NCBI GenBank assembly: GCA_038247415.1
Contig: JBBRUX010000008.1
Location: forward strand, 30,602-94,601
Reading direction: 5' to 3'
Source: Chitinivibrionales bacterium
Lineage (GTDB): Bacteria > Fibrobacterota > Chitinivibrionia > Chitinivibrionales > WJKA01
Length of the DNA stretch: 64,000 nt
Position numbers and translations under genes: made by a program. Positions 8,390 to 16,349 of this stretch are shown here, one piece after another. Positions within the stretch are counted from its first letter, which is position 1. Each line of letters begins with the position of its first letter. The notes under the pieces are model-generated. The model was not told the origin of the DNA. It saw only the letters and a list, made by a program, of their open reading frames with translations, and made no database searches.

Positions 8390-10420
8390 TTAATCGAGAA
8401 GCCCGTAATCGCGGCGCCAGGTGGAATGGGAGGTTGAATTACTAAAGAAATCCAGATCGGAAAAAAATTGAAATTCCACATCTCCCCCCCCCCCTCCTAA
8501 TACTGCCATAAACCAAGCTAAAGAGTATACCCCACCGTTAAACATATTTAATGTGGGAGCAATGCTGTCAAACCACACCGTATCTGGATATTCGCCCATT
8601 TTCTTTACTTCTACATTACCTAGATCGCTAACCAGAGAGTCATTGATAAAAAGCCAGCAATATGATGAAGACATTTCGGGAACATAAAATGCATTCTCAC
8701 CAGCATGATACGTAAAGAAGGTATGGATTTCCATTGCCCATGCATTGTTGTCGCTTGAAGGAGTTTTCTCCGACCCAAAATGGCCTTTCCTTGTACATCT
8801 ACTGGGTCCGGGAGAACACGCATGATCTACTTGGTAGTTCAAATGGGGTTTCTCGCCGTACCAGCCTCTATTCTTTAATGGATTGATGCTTAATGGTTCG
8901 AAGCCATATGCAGTTGCTTTCCCGCCTGGAAATGGCATATTGTTAACCATTACAGTTAGGGTTGTTAATTTTACACTATCGTAAACAATCATGTTTGCCA
9001 TGATATCATTTGAAAAATAAGGATTCGATTTCCATGCCTTGGGGCCTGCATCGTATGTTAACTCTGTACCATCCGTTTTTTTCCATCGCCATTTACTTTT
9101 GTTGGTAGAATCTTGCACCATGTGATAAGTTGTGTCTGGACCATTGTTGCCGCTCACCATGAACCATTCATTGAGCCGATTTATGCACCCTAACTTTTCA
9201 TAACTAATTCTGTCGCAAGAACGCTCGGGGTCATTTGTTCCATCAGTCCATCCCTTCGGTCCGGTCCAATTTGCCTCCCACCGTGGGACTCTGCAATCAG
9301 ATGAAACCGATTGATCTCTTTGAAGCAATGGTTTGCCGTTTGTGCCTAATTTTTTTTGCGTAACTCCCATTTTTACGGCTTCAATGTTGCAATTTTGGAA
9401 ATTAGGATTCGTTCCGTCACAATGATAATCATATATAATATAATGTAAATATCCCTCGGAAGGTCGTACCGGTGACGTTACATTAAGTGCAAAATGCTGC
9501 TTAAGTGGCATCGAATAGGTTAATTTTCCATCTGAATCATATTTTCTCGCATTTACAAGAAGATCATACCCTCCATCGCGCGATTGATCTATCGAATATG
9601 AAACAGTATCCCCCGGCCCTACCGCATATTTCCCTTTACCGGCACCACATTCCAAACTGTCAAAATCGGCTGTAATCGCGCTACCATTGCCTGAGCTCAT
9701 TGCAATTCCTGCAAAAACAGTATTCTGCATTGCAATGGTTTGACCATATATCGGAGATCCCCAATCTTTTCCATCTGCAGAAATATACGCAGAAAAGGTA
9801 TTTCCAAGCCTACGTAGCCGCAGCCAGCACGGGGCTATTGCATTTTTGGAACCAAAGATTTTTGCATTGTCCGAAGCAACTTTACGCGATTGATACTGTA
9901 CTTTGCTATCAGTAAGGCCTACAAATGCATATTGAGCATCTGCTGCTTTCCCATTGCGAATCATGAGCCCGATGCGCTGGTTGGTTTGGGGATTAGAAAT
10001 CTGTTTGACTTTGACTTTGAGATCGCATGGCCCGGTTATTTGAGTAAACGCTAAAAGGAAATTGTCGCTTGATTTATTCTCTAAGCTATTTCCTTTTGCG
10101 GCTATTTGATCGGAATATTGACCTGTATGAGAATTTGTGTATGAGAAAGTAGGGCTCCCAATTGCTACCGCTGAGTCCAGTCCCTGCATGAGAAGATATT
10201 TCGAAAAATTCCCATCTATCAGATCTTGCACGGTCATGGATACAACGCCATCTGCCGAGTAGAATGTTTTGGCGCGTGTTACGATATTCTTTTGGGCTGT
10301 TAAATTGCGTGATGTTGTGACAAGACCTGCAACAAGCAGTCCTCCTACAAGGAGGGATCCGATCATAGCCGAAAGGAGAACATAACCGTCTTTTTGAGCA
10401 AACACGTTTTTAATTTTCAT
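8390..10420 (-). CDS. Large PilX-like minor-pilin-associated surface protein with lectin-like and PA14/fibro-slime-like modules
   Basis: The N-terminus DGYVLLSAMIGSLLVGGLLVAGLV resembles the PilX-type N-terminal helix. A central ConA/LamG-like pattern is present (GLMIRNG...YAFVGL...WLRLRRLGNTFSAYISADGKDWG...ADFDS). The C-terminal block WAMEIHTFFTYHAGENAF...CWLFINDSLVSDLG resembles the fibro-slime/PA14 motif as I recall it (GDDDxWVFINxxLxxDLGG). RBS aagagg lies 6 nt before the ATG at 10420. It is the last gene of the pseudopilin operon. Confidence 0.6.
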   Translation of the reverse strand: MKIKNVFAQKDGYVLLSAMIGSLLVGGLLVAGLVTTSRNLTAQKNIVTRAKTFYSADGVVSMTVQDLIDGNFSKYLLMQGLDSAVAIGSPTFSYTNSHTGQYSDQIAAKGNSLENKSSDNFLLAFTQITGPCDLKVKVKQISNPQTNQRIGLMIRNGKAADAQYAFVGLTDSKVQYQSRKVASDNAKIFGSKNAIAPCWLRLRRLGNTFSAYISADGKDWGSPIYGQTIAMQNTVFAGIAMSSGNGSAITADFDSLECGAGKGKYAVGPGDTVSYSIDQSRDGGYDLLVNARKYDSDGKLTYSMPLKQHFALNVTSPVRPSEGYLHYIIYDYHCDGTNPNFQNCNIEAVKMGVTQKKLGTNGKPLLQRDQSVSSDCRVPRWEANWTGPKGWTDGTNDPERSCDRISYEKLGCINRLNEWFMVSGNNGPDTTYHMVQDSTNKSKWRWKKTDGTELTYDAGPKAWKSNPYFSNDIMANMIVYDSVKLTTLTVMVNNMPFPGGKATAYGFEPLSINPLKNRGWYGEKPHLNYQVDHACSPGPSRCTRKGHFGSEKTPSSDNNAWAMEIHTFFTYHAGENAFYVPEMSSSYCWLFINDSLVSDLGNVEVKKMGEYPDTVWFDSIAPTLNMFNGGVYSLAWFMAVLGGGGGDVEFQFFSDLDFFSNSTSHSTWRRDYGLLD
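8484..8494 (-). repeat. Homopolymeric tract, 11 x G on the coding strand (11 x C on +), inside the 676-aa surface protein gene
   Basis: Counted directly: tct-ccccccccccc-tcc at 8481..8497. The tract encodes the GGGGG of ...AVLGGGGGDVEF..., about 40 codons before the stop. Confidence 0.95.
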
Positions 10421-10453
10421 AGGGTGCCTCTTTTCTTTATAGACACAGTTTCA

Positions 10454-11221
10454 TTATCTGTTACGAAGTAAGATTTTTTTTGAGCTTGTTAACCTACGGA
10501 ATCCATCACCGGGTACGCCTTTTTCTTTGATAGCTGCAATGACGGTAACCGAAAGGCTGCATGATTGCATGACTGCCCAATTAGTAGTGGAAGCATTCGC
10601 AGCATCTCTAAAATCAACATAGAATGCGTCAACATTATTCGCGTAAATTAAGTCGGTGCTATTGAGTTTTTTGTGAATTGTTTTGGTCCCCGCATCAAAT
10701 GAGTAGGTAACGGTATCGTCTAGATATAAAACAGTCCCCGCAGGGAATTTTGTTTTTGCAGATAGTTTCAGTGAATCCTTTGCGGTGTCCAGGGCCAGCG
10801 GAACTAAGTAGCTAATAGATGAATCCGCCCACCGAATAGTTATTGTAGGCAATGGGGATGCAAGAAATGCATCTGCCCTGTCAACCCCAATTTGTTTGGT
10901 TGTCGAGGTTGAGCAGGCAGAGGCAAACATTTGGTATCCGCCCGTTATATTGGCAACAAGGCGAATGTTGGAGGTAGAAATAGGAGTAATAGAGATAATG
11001 TTAGAAGGTAGATCTGCGCCAGCTTGCATAAGATCATCGCCTATACGATCGATAAGTGCATTGGCCTGGGCATTCATACCAATAGTGTTTTCTGTTTTAG
11101 AAAAAGACCGAGCAGATGAAATCATAAGTGTTGCAATGCCAGAAAACACAATAAAAGCACTTACTATTGCGACAAGTAGTTCTACGAGTGTTAGTCCATT
11201 GTTTTGGCGTGCGCAAAGCAT
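10454..11221 (-). CDS. PilW/GspJ-like minor pilin (prepilin-type N-terminal methylation domain)
   Basis: The N-terminus ...QNNGLTLVELLVAIVSAFIVF matches the G/xTLxE prepilin cleavage-methylation motif with an invariant Glu at +5. The 255-aa length and its position in the operon fit PilW-type minor pilins. Confidence 0.65.
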   Translation of the reverse strand: MLCARQNNGLTLVELLVAIVSAFIVFSGIATLMISSARSFSKTENTIGMNAQANALIDRIGDDLMQAGADLPSNIISITPISTSNIRLVANITGGYQMFASACSTSTTKQIGVDRADAFLASPLPTITIRWADSSISYLVPLALDTAKDSLKLSAKTKFPAGTVLYLDDTVTYSFDAGTKTIHKKLNSTDLIYANNVDAFYVDFRDAANASTTNWAVMQSCSLSVTVIAAIKEKGVPGDGFRRLTSSKKILLRNR

Positions 11222-11235
11222 GGTGGTTCCTTGTA

Positions 11236-11637
11236 TTAGAAATCTTTAGTAATGAATGTTTGAATACGAATAGTATCTTTTGATTGAGGCCATGTTGCTG
11301 CAACGATATAGGTTCGAACATTTGTTAATAGAACGCCTTTAATATCATATGCCGATTTAACTGTGTCGTTTAATGTAATTCCCGAGATTGTTTGAGAGGT
11401 GGTTGTATTTGCATCGGGAAGAACTTTCGTGGCCCTGATCCCGATTCGCTTATCTTCTATCTGCTGCTCAATAAGCCGTATGGCCTGGGATGTTTTATTC
11501 CCTTTGCTCAAGATTCCAATGCGCTGTTTATCGGCCCAGAGAACCATGGTAACAATTATGCCTACAATTGCCATGGAAATTAGCACTTCCATAAGTGTAA
11601 AGCCCTGGGTGTTTTTGGTAATCTGTTTTTTTCTCAT
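11236..11637 (-). CDS. PilV/GspI-like minor pilin
   Basis: The N-terminus MRKKQITKNTQGFTLMEVLISMAIVGIIV is a canonical G/FTLxE prepilin motif. The ORF is 133 aa and overlaps the upstream gene by 4 nt. Confidence 0.7.
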   Translation of the reverse strand: MRKKQITKNTQGFTLMEVLISMAIVGIIVTMVLWADKQRIGILSKGNKTSQAIRLIEQQIEDKRIGIRATKVLPDANTTTSQTISGITLNDTVKSAYDIKGVLLTNVRTYIVAATWPQSKDTIRIQTFITKDF

Positions 11638-12173
11638 GGTGCTACCGTGACCTCTCCGGATTCTTTACTGATAGTGATTGTTTTAAGCGTTGTACCACTT
11701 GGAAGTTTTATTTGAAATGATCCGCCAAGTTTTGCAGATCCATCGCCTCTAAAGATTATGCAATTATTTGTAATGCCAGAAATAGTTCCAAAAAGCAGCG
11801 TTGGTGGCAACGCAATAAAAGCCTGATAAATTCTATCGGTGTTAGCAGTATAATTATTATCGGCGTTGTCGTCGTAAAAGAGGATAATCCCTTTTTTTGT
11901 GGTTTCGAGAAAAACTCCACAATGTATTGCTGGATTTGCCATGGCTCGTGTTCGTGCAACATACAGGGAACTTCGCACGATAGAAACTGCAGCTTTAAGA
12001 CGCGAATTATTAAGCATCCCTGCCACCGAAACTTGGCCAACAACAGCCATTATGCCCACGATTGCAATAACAATCATAAGCTCCATGAGAGTTACACCGG
12101 CAATGCTGCGAAACTTAGAAATTGGGGAGTATGAGTTCATGGTGAAAAGCCTGCGAAAATTATTTTTGTACAC
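11634..12173 (-). CDS. FimT/GspH-like minor pilin
   Basis: Carries the prepilin motif ...SIAGVTLMELMIVIAIVGIMAVV. A GspH-like body follows (AAVSIVRSSLYVARTRA...). The GTG at 12173 has RBS aaggaaa 8 nt upstream, and an alternative ATG lies at 12140. Confidence 0.7.
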   Translation of the reverse strand: MYKNNFRRLFTMNSYSPISKFRSIAGVTLMELMIVIAIVGIMAVVGQVSVAGMLNNSRLKAAVSIVRSSLYVARTRAMANPAIHCGVFLETTKKGIILFYDDNADNNYTANTDRIYQAFIALPPTLLFGTISGITNNCIIFRGDGSAKLGGSFQIKLPSGTTLKTITISKESGEVTVAP

Positions 12174-12197
12174 GGTATACTTTCCTTATACTATATA

Positions 12198-12226
12198 ATT
12201 ATACCGCTTTGCGTAGATTATTACAA
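12198..12226 (-). promoter_or_regulatory. Candidate sigma70-type promoter of the pseudopilin operon
   Basis: The minus strand reads TTGTAA-N17-TATAAT, ending about 25 nt upstream of the GTG start. This is pattern match only. Confidence 0.3.
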
Positions 12227-12341
12227 TCAATTAGAAAAAATTAATTTGCGCGAAAAGGGCTGCTGCAGCGTGCGCAAGGTATTTTTCGAAAAGAACTACG
12301 GCGGTTATTTTTTTAATTTTTTTTGCAGGATCTAGTTTGCT

Positions 12342-13109
12342 ATGGCGATTAAGGAAAGCATACATCCGTTTGAAGCTCTCACGTCGTTACAGGGAGTTGC
12401 GGATATTGTTTATTTCAAGGAGATCGATTCGACAAATACCTATGCGAAAAAATCGAAAATAACGCCTGTGACCGGTGTTGTTGTGATTGTTGCAAAAAGT
12501 CAATCTGCAGGACGCGGCCAGCGCTCTAACACGTTTTATTCTTCAGCTGTTGGGGGGCTTTGGGTTAGTTTTGTTATACGGCTTGATAGCATCGAGAATC
12601 ACTTTGTTGTCAATCGGGCGTTGTCACTGTCTATTGCCTCGGTTTTGAAAAGCCATATGCCATTAGCGCAGGTTTCTATAAAATGGCCCAACGATATTTA
12701 TTGCGGATCAAAAAAAATATGCGGCATATTGTTAGAATCGGTATCGATTGATCCCCCTGTGATTGTTGCAGGGTTTGGGTGCAATGTCAATAATGGAGGA
12801 TCATCGTTTCCCAAAGATTTACAGACTATTGTAACATCGATGGTTGACGAAACTAGTGTTGAATTTGATGTGCCGACGCTTTTATCGGAAATCCTGCAAG
12901 ATTTTATCAGGATACGTGATGATGACCAAGTTCAAGTGCATAGCCGCTATAAGAGCCTGCTTTACGGAATGTCTCGTGAGATTGAGATTAATGACTTACA
13001 AGGCGTATTTGATGGGGTAGAGGCTGATGGCCGGTTGAGGTTGATGCAAGGTGAAAACGTGCACTTGATTTCATCGGGATCGATGCGGTTTACGGGATCT
13101 GCTGCTTAA
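12342..13109 (+). CDS. birA: Biotin--[acetyl-CoA-carboxylase] ligase (class I, no HTH domain)
   Basis: Has the glycine-rich biotin loop QSAGRGQRSNTFYS, the KWPNDIY block and a C-terminal SH3-like tail. Length is 255 aa. Confidence 0.85.
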   Translation: MAIKESIHPFEALTSLQGVADIVYFKEIDSTNTYAKKSKITPVTGVVVIVAKSQSAGRGQRSNTFYSSAVGGLWVSFVIRLDSIENHFVVNRALSLSIASVLKSHMPLAQVSIKWPNDIYCGSKKICGILLESVSIDPPVIVAGFGCNVNNGGSSFPKDLQTIVTSMVDETSVEFDVPTLLSEILQDFIRIRDDDQVQVHSRYKSLLYGMSREIEINDLQGVFDGVEADGRLRLMQGENVHLISSGSMRFTGSAA

Positions 13110-13134
13110 AAGTTGTCAAATAGAGATATGTGCT

Positions 13135-13887
13135 ATGAAACAAAATGTATTAGCGATTAATAGTGGCAATACTCATACCGATATTGGCATTGTCGATTGC
13201 GATCAGCGTATAGCACGTGTACAGCAAAAAATTGCAACCTGCGATCTTGCTCTACTGCTTGACAAGTATCTCGATCAGTTAGCGTTGAAGGGCCCTCTTC
13301 CCGTGCACGCTTCTCTTGCTTCGGTGGTACCGGAAAATAATGAGTTTGTGTGCAGGGTTCTTGATAGTAGGGGAATAAAGATAACTCTTGTGCAGGGAGA
13401 TTTATCTCTGCCTTTTTCTAATTCTTATGACAATCCGAAAGCTTTGGGCCCCGATAGAATTGCAGATTTGCTGTATGTATATGCAGTATGCGCAAAAAAA
13501 ACTTCTCTTGTGATTGATGCAGGAACTGCAATTACCATTGACCTGCTCAAAGATGGCACCGTTTTTTTGGGTGGTATTATTATGCCAGGATTATCGCTTC
13601 AAAGCAAAGCGCTGCATTCGTATACCGCAAAGCTCCCGCTTATAGATCACACCGGCTTTAAGGGAGATTTTCCCGGACTTTCTACGCAAGCCTGCATTGG
13701 AGCTGGTGTGGTTTATGGAGTTGCTGGAGCGCTTGGGCATATCGTTTCAAAAATGACAGAAGGTAAACCAGTTCAGATTTTTGCAACGGGGGGTGCTTGG
13801 CCGTTTATTTCTGGGTATACCACGCTTGACGCAGTATATATTCCAGATATGACGCTTATTGGTACTGCGTTAGCCCATAGAGACTGA
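13135..13887 (+). CDS. coaX: Type III pantothenate kinase
   Basis: Contains the ASKHA-fold motifs LAINSGNTHTDIG, GPDRIAD, IDAGTAITID and ATGG. It lies directly downstream of birA, matching the Baf-type association. Confidence 0.85.
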   Translation: MKQNVLAINSGNTHTDIGIVDCDQRIARVQQKIATCDLALLLDKYLDQLALKGPLPVHASLASVVPENNEFVCRVLDSRGIKITLVQGDLSLPFSNSYDNPKALGPDRIADLLYVYAVCAKKTSLVIDAGTAITIDLLKDGTVFLGGIIMPGLSLQSKALHSYTAKLPLIDHTGFKGDFPGLSTQACIGAGVVYGVAGALGHIVSKMTEGKPVQIFATGGAWPFISGYTTLDAVYIPDMTLIGTALAHRD

Positions 13888-13965
13888 TGAAGACGTTAGG
13901 TCGATTACGCTTGTGCACACGGTGGTGCGAATAGTAATCCCCGCTTCTGCAAAATCCCTGAGATT

Positions 13966-14892
13966 TTATTTTTTACTATCTTTCTCGTATCCTGCTTCTC
14001 GTAAAAACCCGCCATTGTTACGCCAATCTGGTGTAATCTTAATATGCGTTTTAATGGTCACAGGAACTCCGGCAAGGCGTTTCATTTCTCCTTGTGCGCG
14101 TCTGCGCACTTTCTCAATTATTTCTCCACCTTTGCCAACAATAATACCGCGCTGCCCAACAGTTTCCACATGGATATATGCTTCTATTTCATGATGATCG
14201 GGGAATTCCTGGTACCCAAAAATTTCAACAAAAACAGAATGGGGAACTTCTTCGCGCGTGTTAAGAATAATATGTTTACGAATTGCTTCGGAAGCGAAAT
14301 GGCGCATGCTGGCATCGGTTAGTTCTTCTGCATCGTAGTGGGCAGGGCCAATTGGTAAAAGCGGCCATAGCGCAGAAAGAAATCCATCTTTGAAGGTTTT
14401 GTCGATTGCCGAAATAATAAGAGAAGGTTTGTCTTTGAGGCATGGGAATCGGGTAAAAAATTCTTGTTGAACCTTTTGTGTGTTTTCTACTTTGTCGCAT
14501 TTGTTAAAAACAAGAAGAAACGGGAGGTTGCTCGATTGCACAAGATTTGCGGCACGATCCTCTTCTGCGCCAAAAGGACGCGTGAGATCTATCAGGTAGC
14601 AAATGCAGTCGGCATTTTGATTTTTAAATGACGATGCAGCTTCAGTTATCATGCGTTCATTGAGTTCGTGGCTACCCTCATGGATGCCGGGAGTATCGAT
14701 AAATATGATTTGCTGCTTTGCATCGGTATAAATGCCTTTAAGGTTTTTCCTGGTTGTTTGCGGCAGGGGAGTTGCCAAGGCCAGTTCTTCTCCGATAAGC
14801 AAATTTAAAAGTGTAGATTTTCCTGCGTTGGGTCGCCCTATAAGGGCAATAAATCCGCAGCGAAATTCGGGATTAAGAGGAGGTGTATTCAT
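13966..14892 (-). CDS. era: GTPase Era
   Basis: Carries G1 GRPNAGKST, G3 DTPG and G4 NKCD. A C-terminal KH domain is present (VEIFGYQE...VGQRGIIVGKGGEII). Confidence 0.95.
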   Translation of the reverse strand: MNTPPLNPEFRCGFIALIGRPNAGKSTLLNLLIGEELALATPLPQTTRKNLKGIYTDAKQQIIFIDTPGIHEGSHELNERMITEAASSFKNQNADCICYLIDLTRPFGAEEDRAANLVQSSNLPFLLVFNKCDKVENTQKVQQEFFTRFPCLKDKPSLIISAIDKTFKDGFLSALWPLLPIGPAHYDAEELTDASMRHFASEAIRKHIILNTREEVPHSVFVEIFGYQEFPDHHEIEAYIHVETVGQRGIIVGKGGEIIEKVRRRAQGEMKRLAGVPVTIKTHIKITPDWRNNGGFLREAGYEKDSKK

Positions 14893-14895
14893 GGG

Positions 14896-16320
14896 TTATC
14901 CGTTCGGTTTTGGTTTTTGATTTTGTAAAGAAGTTGCTTGAAGTGCTAATGCCTCGTTGGCACATTGAATGGTACGAATTCTACGATTAATAAGTTCTGC
15001 AGCAAGATAGCTAGAATGAACGGTCCAGTAAGCGCCATGCACCGTTACGATGCCTACTGCAATGCGTTGCTTCGGATCGGTGGGGTGGGCTGCATAACCG
15101 ATAAACCAATCTATTTTTCCCAGTTTTTCTTCATCTACAGATCCTGTTTTTCCGCCGTATTCAAAATCGTTGAAACGAAATGAATTTTTAACCAGGCGAA
15201 ACGCTTTGTGAGCCGTTCCTGTTTGTACTACTTCGCTCATAAGTTTGCCAAGTTTTTTTGCTGTTTGAGGCTTAATGGGTGTAAGCCAGGTAGATTGTGT
15301 GCTTGTGTAAATGGATGCGCCGGTTGCAATATCGGTAATACTATCAACGAGAAAAGGTACCGGTATTTTTCCATTTTCTGCAATAGCCGAAGCAATAAGC
15401 GATCCCATAAGGGGAGAAATGGTCGTTTCACGATTAAATCCACAGGCAAGTTCGCCAATTGCATACGATGAGTCACATGCTTTTATGCGCGATGTGTCAA
15501 CGGGAAGTTCGAAGGGAATTGCCGTGGAAAATCCAAACTTGTGGGCATATTCAGAGAGGCCAGAGTATCCAACCATATACATACCGATACGTGCAAAAAT
15601 AGGGTTCATCGATTGTGCAAATGCTTTGCTAAAAGGAACTTCGTCGCCACCATTAATAATGGGCTGCAATTGGAATCGGTAAAGGGTATAGCGGTTGCCA
15701 ACTAGTTTAAGCGTGCTCTCTGGATTAAGCAGGCCCCGTTCCAGAACTGCTGCTGCGGTAATTGTTTTAAAGACAGATGCAGCGGGGAAGAGGGCTCTGC
15801 AATAAAGATTCGAGCCTAAGGGGGGCTCTTCTGGGTTTGTATACGAAACAAGAGAAAGAATACGGCCCGTAGAAGGCTCGATGGCCACGATTGCCCCGTA
15901 TTTTGGGTGGTACTGTTTTAAGAGGTCTTTGCCAAGCTTTTGTAGCGATGTATCGATGGTGTAATGAAGCAGGACACGATGGTTTTGCTGCATTACCGTG
16001 TCTACGGTTTTTGCGAAATCGGGCGGCACTTTAGAAAGAAAAGAGGCGATATCCTCGCGGGTGAGGGTACGTGAAAACATGCGTGACGGGAGGGACGCCG
16101 CATTTGATTGACGTTGTGCTATTTCTTCTGAATGCTTATTGTTTACGGAGCTTTTGGCAAAAAAGACGGCAGAATAGAGTTTAGCGCCTACAAAACGGAA
16201 GAAAAAAAAGAGAATAATGATAAAAAAAACAACCCGGATTCTCCCTTTTTTGGGTATCCGGATTGTGTGGCCACCTAGCCTGACCGTTGAATATCCTGGT
16301 GCGGTTTTTTTAGCATGCAT
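14896..16320 (-). CDS. Penicillin-binding protein, transpeptidase domain (membrane-anchored)
   Basis: Has an N-terminal TM helix (VVFFIIILFFFF). The catalytic motifs are SxxK (SVFK in AASVFKTITAAA), SxN (SMN) and KTG (GGKTGSVD). Confidence 0.8.
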   Translation of the reverse strand: MHAKKTAPGYSTVRLGGHTIRIPKKGRIRVVFFIIILFFFFRFVGAKLYSAVFFAKSSVNNKHSEEIAQRQSNAASLPSRMFSRTLTREDIASFLSKVPPDFAKTVDTVMQQNHRVLLHYTIDTSLQKLGKDLLKQYHPKYGAIVAIEPSTGRILSLVSYTNPEEPPLGSNLYCRALFPAASVFKTITAAAVLERGLLNPESTLKLVGNRYTLYRFQLQPIINGGDEVPFSKAFAQSMNPIFARIGMYMVGYSGLSEYAHKFGFSTAIPFELPVDTSRIKACDSSYAIGELACGFNRETTISPLMGSLIASAIAENGKIPVPFLVDSITDIATGASIYTSTQSTWLTPIKPQTAKKLGKLMSEVVQTGTAHKAFRLVKNSFRFNDFEYGGKTGSVDEEKLGKIDWFIGYAAHPTDPKQRIAVGIVTVHGAYWTVHSSYLAAELINRRIRTIQCANEALALQATSLQNQKPKPNG

Positions 16321-16349
16321 TGGTTAGGCGAAAGGATCCTTTACCTATC

